A stretch of 64,000 bases of DNA from IMG/VR virus record IMGVR_UViG_3300031963_009887, positions 1 to 64,000 of that record; one strand, written 5' to 3'. Position 1 is the first letter of the stretch. Each line of letters begins with the position of its first letter. Below are positions 60,605-64,000 of the stretch, one piece after another. This DNA is from a virus. Its lineage: Duplodnaviria; Caudoviricetes. The translations under genes were made by a program, and so were the position numbers. The notes below the pieces were generated by a model. The model saw nothing but the letters and a program-made list of their open reading frames with translations, did not search any database and was not told the DNA's origin.

Positions 60605-60730
60605 TAAGATGAACTTATATAGTTCAATTGTACCTAACACAGATGTTATTAGTAGATAAACTGAAATAACCGTTACAAAAGTATTATAACGAGTTAACGG
60701 TTTCTTTTTACATTGCTTACATTCTGACAT
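60593..60730 (-). CDS. 45-aa CxxC + TM micro-protein missed by the ORF track
   Basis: Hand-translated MSECKQCKKKPLTRYNTFVTVISVYLLITSVLGTIELYKFILSLF. Confidence 0.5.
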   Translation of the reverse strand: MSECKQCKKKPLTRYNTFVTVISVYLLITSVLGTIELYKFILSLF

Positions 60731-60809
60731 AATCATAAGTATATTAAAATAAAAATATCAGTAAATATTATTTACATTTTAACGCACTTTTCTGATATTT
60801 ATATTATAC

Positions 60810-60974
60810 ATGACAACAAAAAGAAAACCTTATAAAGACGAAAAAGATAAAAAAGTAAAATACGGAATTAGTATTGACCGACATCTGTTTGATAAGATGA
60901 AAAACGAAGAAATTAGTGTTTCTAAGTTTATTCAAAATTTAGTTAAAAAACATTATGAAAAAGAAAATATATAA
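60810..60974 (+). CDS. 54-aa ribbon-helix-helix-like DNA-binding protein missed by the ORF track
   Basis: Hand-translated MTTKRKPYKDEKDKKVKYGISIDRHLFDKMKNEEISVSKFIQNLVKKHYEKENI: beta strand (VKYGISI), helix, then S.S.FI helix. Confidence 0.6.
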   Translation: MTTKRKPYKDEKDKKVKYGISIDRHLFDKMKNEEISVSKFIQNLVKKHYEKENI

Positions 60975-61638
60975 TGAAAATTATTTTGAAACAATAGACA
61001 GTGAAGAAAAAGCTTACTTTTTGGGATTTATATTTGCGGATGGGTGCGTAACCAACGACCCAAGAAAACACCGATATCAATTAACTTTAAAATTACATAG
61101 TAAAGATGTTGGTATCTTAGAGAAATTTATTAAATCCATTGACGGTGAAATGAATGTTTGGAAAAACAAAAAAAGAGAAACTTGTGAAGTTTTTATGTCT
61201 GGAAAAAAAATAATTAATGATTTAGAAAAATTGGGTGTATTACAAAATAAAACATTTTCTGTAAAATATCCTCAAATTAATGAAAAATTTGAAAGACATT
61301 TTTTAAGGGGTTATTTTGATGGTGATGGATGCATAAGAATTAATACCGACAAAAGAGATGGTTCACAAAGAGGTGATTTAAAAATTGTTGGAGGGTCTTT
61401 GGATATGTTAAACAACATTAATGAAAGAATGAATTTATTGTTTGGTACAAACATTAACAAATTATACGGACCAAAAAATAAAGAATATAAATTTATTGGA
61501 TGGTCAGGAATGAAAGACATTGAAAATATATATTACGGATTTTATTTTGACTCAAACTTTTTTCTTCAAAGAAAAAGACTTATATTTGACGAAGTAATTG
61601 AAACAATAAAAAATAAACAAAAATATAGAAAAAAATAA
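60955..61638 (+). mobile_element. Free-standing LAGLIDADG (DOD-type) homing endonuclease
   Basis: Two motifs, AYFLGFIFADG and FLRGYFDGDG; NENYFETIDSEEKAY N-terminus. Confidence 0.85.
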
Positions 61639-61641
61639 GTT

Positions 61642-62484
61642 ATGGCATTAAGTTATATTGGTGGTAAAAGTAGAATAGGAAAATGGATAAATGAATTTTA
61701 TCCAAAAGACATGGAAACATACGTAGAAACATTTGGTGGAATGTTTTGGTGTTTTTTTAATATGGATTTAAAAAAATTTCCAAATTTAAAAGAAGTTGTT
61801 TATAACGACTTTAATCCTCTAAATTACAATCTATTTAGATGTATTCAGAACCCTTCAGAACTATTAAAAGCTGTAAACAACATACCATGTCAACAACGTG
61901 GTGAAAGCGTAACGCCATTAATTTACAAAGAACAATTTGATACATTCCAAAAAGAATTGTACGCATCTGGATTTACAGTAAATTATCCTGATTATGAAGT
62001 TGCCGCAAAATACGCATACATTCTTACATCAATCTTTAGCGGTTCAAAACCTGAATCATCTGGGTTTATTGACTTGAAAGGTAATTACAAATCAAAGTTT
62101 TTGACATTTAGGGACAAGTTAAGTAAACCTGATTGGGTTGAACACTTCAACAAAATAACAAAAGTTGAAAATATGGACTTTGCTGATGTTATTAAAAAGT
62201 ATGACTCTGAATCTACTTACATTTATTTGGACCCACCGTATTGGAAAACTGAAAACTATTATTCTAATCATGACTTTGACCGTGAAGACCACGAAAGGTT
62301 GGCAAAAGTATTACATGATGTTAAAGGTAAGTTTTCGTTGTCATATTATGACTTTGAATTGTTACACACATGGTTTCCTGAATCAGAATACACTTGGAAA
62401 ATGAAAGAGTTTGCTAAGGCGGCTTCTGCAAAAAAAGGTGTAACACAAAATATGGGACAAGAATTATTGATTATGAACTATTAA
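61642..62484 (+). CDS. D12-class N6-adenine DNA methyltransferase (Dam-like)
   Basis: YIGGKS, YVETFGG, YND and YLDPPY. Confidence 0.9.
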   Translation: MALSYIGGKSRIGKWINEFYPKDMETYVETFGGMFWCFFNMDLKKFPNLKEVVYNDFNPLNYNLFRCIQNPSELLKAVNNIPCQQRGESVTPLIYKEQFDTFQKELYASGFTVNYPDYEVAAKYAYILTSIFSGSKPESSGFIDLKGNYKSKFLTFRDKLSKPDWVEHFNKITKVENMDFADVIKKYDSESTYIYLDPPYWKTENYYSNHDFDREDHERLAKVLHDVKGKFSLSYYDFELLHTWFPESEYTWKMKEFAKAASAKKGVTQNMGQELLIMNY

Positions 62485-62528
62485 TTTTCTACTTATTAAG
62501 ATATTTATTTTAAAAGATATTCTAAATT

Positions 62529-63812
62529 ATGAAATTCACAGAAATGTTAAAAACTATCATCAATGAAGATGTTCGTTCAGAACTCTTCTTGAAGAAGTTT
62601 ACTGAGCCAACAGTTGATAAAAAAACAGGTAAAAAAATTAGACCTGTTTTGACACCTAATGAGTTATTGATATTAATTGCCAATGACCCAACATCAAGAG
62701 TTGAGGAAAATCCTGAAAATTTTAACCAAGTTAAAAAGACTGGTGGATATGTTCAATGGATGATTAATCAAATTAAAAGATTACGTCCTGAAGGTGTTGG
62801 TAAAAATATTACAGGAGAATCACAAGGAAGAATTGATTTATTTTTTGAGGATTTATATAAGGTTAAAGATGATTTAATTAAATTTGAAAGATTCAAGAAT
62901 CAATTACCTGTTGACAAAAGAGATATTAATAAATTGACCTCAGACGAACTTTATGATTTGGTTAAAGATTTTTCATTAGAAAAAGCGACAACAACTAAAG
63001 CAGAAAGAAAAGATGCTAAATATTCACATCCTGGTGGTTCATTTGAAGTTGAAACACCAAACTATGTAATTACAAAAATTACAAGAACAGATGAATTGGG
63101 TAAAGAAGCGGCTTGTTTCTACGGTGGTCAAAATAAAGAAACAAGATGGTGCACATCAGCACCAGGTTTGTCTTATTTTGAAAGATATATCAAAGACGGT
63201 CCATTGTACCAGATTTACGACAAAAACTCTGAACCATCTAAAGATACTGGATTACCAACAAATAGATGGCAATTCCATTTCCAAAGTTCTCAATTCATGG
63301 ACAAGGATGACCGTTCAATCAACTTAGTTGAGTTTTTAAATCAAACTGACAAAGAAGTAAAAGAATACTTCAAACCTCAGTTTATGGAAAATATGACCAA
63401 GAGTTCAGGTAAAGGAGGAACATCGGTTGATGTTGAATTCCCAAGAAGCCCAGCAGCACAATTCATTGCGTTATATGGATTTGATGAGTTCTTTGAATCA
63501 TTGCCTGATACTATTACAAAAATGGATTTCTCAGGTGGAAATTCAGGTTCACAAGGTTTCCCATTACCAAAAACAATCGGTAGATTAACAAACCTTGAAG
63601 GACTTCACATTGATGGATTGATTAGTGAATTACCATCTGAAATATGTGACTGTAAGAAATTAAGATACTTGTCACTTCCAAACAACAAGAATCTTAAATC
63701 AATTCCTGAATGTTTGAAAGATTTACCAAATCTTAAATTGGTGAACTTCAAAGGATGTGATAGCTTAAAACTTCCTGAGGATTTGAAAGTGAAATTGAGA
63801 ATTTGGGGTTAA
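62529..63812 (+). CDS. Protein with C-terminal leucine-rich repeats
   Basis: LPKTIGRLTNLEGLHI...LPSEICDCKKLRYLSL...IPECLKDLPNLKLVN; central YGG..TRWCT...Y...GPLY module. Confidence 0.8.
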   Translation: MKFTEMLKTIINEDVRSELFLKKFTEPTVDKKTGKKIRPVLTPNELLILIANDPTSRVEENPENFNQVKKTGGYVQWMINQIKRLRPEGVGKNITGESQGRIDLFFEDLYKVKDDLIKFERFKNQLPVDKRDINKLTSDELYDLVKDFSLEKATTTKAERKDAKYSHPGGSFEVETPNYVITKITRTDELGKEAACFYGGQNKETRWCTSAPGLSYFERYIKDGPLYQIYDKNSEPSKDTGLPTNRWQFHFQSSQFMDKDDRSINLVEFLNQTDKEVKEYFKPQFMENMTKSSGKGGTSVDVEFPRSPAAQFIALYGFDEFFESLPDTITKMDFSGGNSGSQGFPLPKTIGRLTNLEGLHIDGLISELPSEICDCKKLRYLSLPNNKNLKSIPECLKDLPNLKLVNFKGCDSLKLPEDLKVKLRIWG

Positions 63813-63835
63813 TCTTTTGATTAACCCTTTTTTTT
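63806..63835 (+). terminator. Intrinsic terminator overlapping the LRR stop and the next promoter
   Basis: gggttaatc-tttt-gattaaccc followed by a T tract. Confidence 0.85.
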
Positions 63836-63846
63836 GTTTACCTTTG
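63816..63846 (+). promoter_or_regulatory. Bacteroidota primary-sigma promoter (TTTG-N19-TACCTTTG)
   Basis: Exact consensus, 4 nt before ATG 63851. Confidence 0.75.
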
Positions 63847-63850
63847 TAGT

Positions 63851-64000
63851 ATGAATGTTGATGTTCAAATATATTTGTCCAACTTTAAATCATTTTTTAA
63901 TAACAACCCAAATGACCTAATTAATTTAATTGGTGATGGTGATAAGGATATGTTTTTTGAATTGGTTGAGGGTACGGTTATAGAAAACTATGACAAAGGT
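63851..64000 (+). CDS. 3'-partial hypothetical protein (MNVDVQIYLSNFKSFF...)
   Basis: 50 open codons to the window end, directly after a promoter. Confidence 0.6.
   Translation, partial: MNVDVQIYLSNFKSFFNNNPNDLINLIGDGDKDMFFELVEGTVIENYDKG

Noticed and set aside
60955-61638. Intein or group I intron hosting the LAGLIDADG
   Set aside because: No split host gene or splicing motifs; dnaJ and the methylase are each intact.
1-64000. Alternative genetic code (TAG or TGA recoding)
   Set aside because: Recognisable enzymes are essentially full length under code 11, and TAG and TGA both end genes at sensible positions.
1-64000. tRNA or rRNA genes
   Set aside because: No cloverleaf or T-loop (GTTCRA) context or rRNA-like GC-rich tract noticed; a tRNAscan-SE run would settle it.

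Overview
This is an AT-rich segment of a very large tailed phage genome, most likely infecting Bacteroidota. Host evidence: TTTG-N19/20-TAnnTTTG promoters, a Bacteroidota-style sigma-70 with the FISYAVWW motif, an Hc1-like histone, SprB-like repeats, a DUF6576-like tail and no obvious Shine-Dalgarno sites. Left half (1-42 kb): virion adhesion and structural genes. These are a Gly-X-Y (Ser/Thr/Gly) collagen-like tail fibre with an S74 chaperone that the ORF track misses, three mosaic LamG/CBM paralogs, and Cys-rich proteins with mucin-like Pro-Thr/PTVT stalks. They are interleaved with two glycan-building clusters. The minus-strand cluster (4.3-20.8 kb) has HldD, two TibC/Aah-type protein heptosyltransferases, GT9, GT2/GT4, FkbM methyltransferases, a carbamoyltransferase, an acetyltransferase and an aminotransferase. 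The plus-strand cluster (27.9-35.0 kb) has a GT60 polypeptide GlcNAc-transferase-like enzyme, GT11- and GT10-like fucosyltransferases and HtrL-family enzymes. The leading hypothesis is a phage-encoded, multi-step O-glycosylation system for its own virion, with enzymes and Ser/Thr-repeat substrates encoded side by side. Right half (42-64 kb): replication/recombination genes (RuvC-like, primase, PD-(D/E)XK nuclease, SbcD/SbcC), a sigma factor, a lysis-like module, putative head-packaged proteins with [ILVM]-x-E maturation-type motifs, DnaJ, an RHH + LAGLIDADG cassette, a DNA adenine methylase and an LRR protein. Several small genes missed by the ORF track (ArfA-like, Hc1-like, RHH) and a promoter/terminator-bounded GC-rich ~155-nt candidate structured RNA are also present. 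All family assignments are by-eye motif recognition; no database searches were run. No tRNA, rRNA or CRISPR array was seen.
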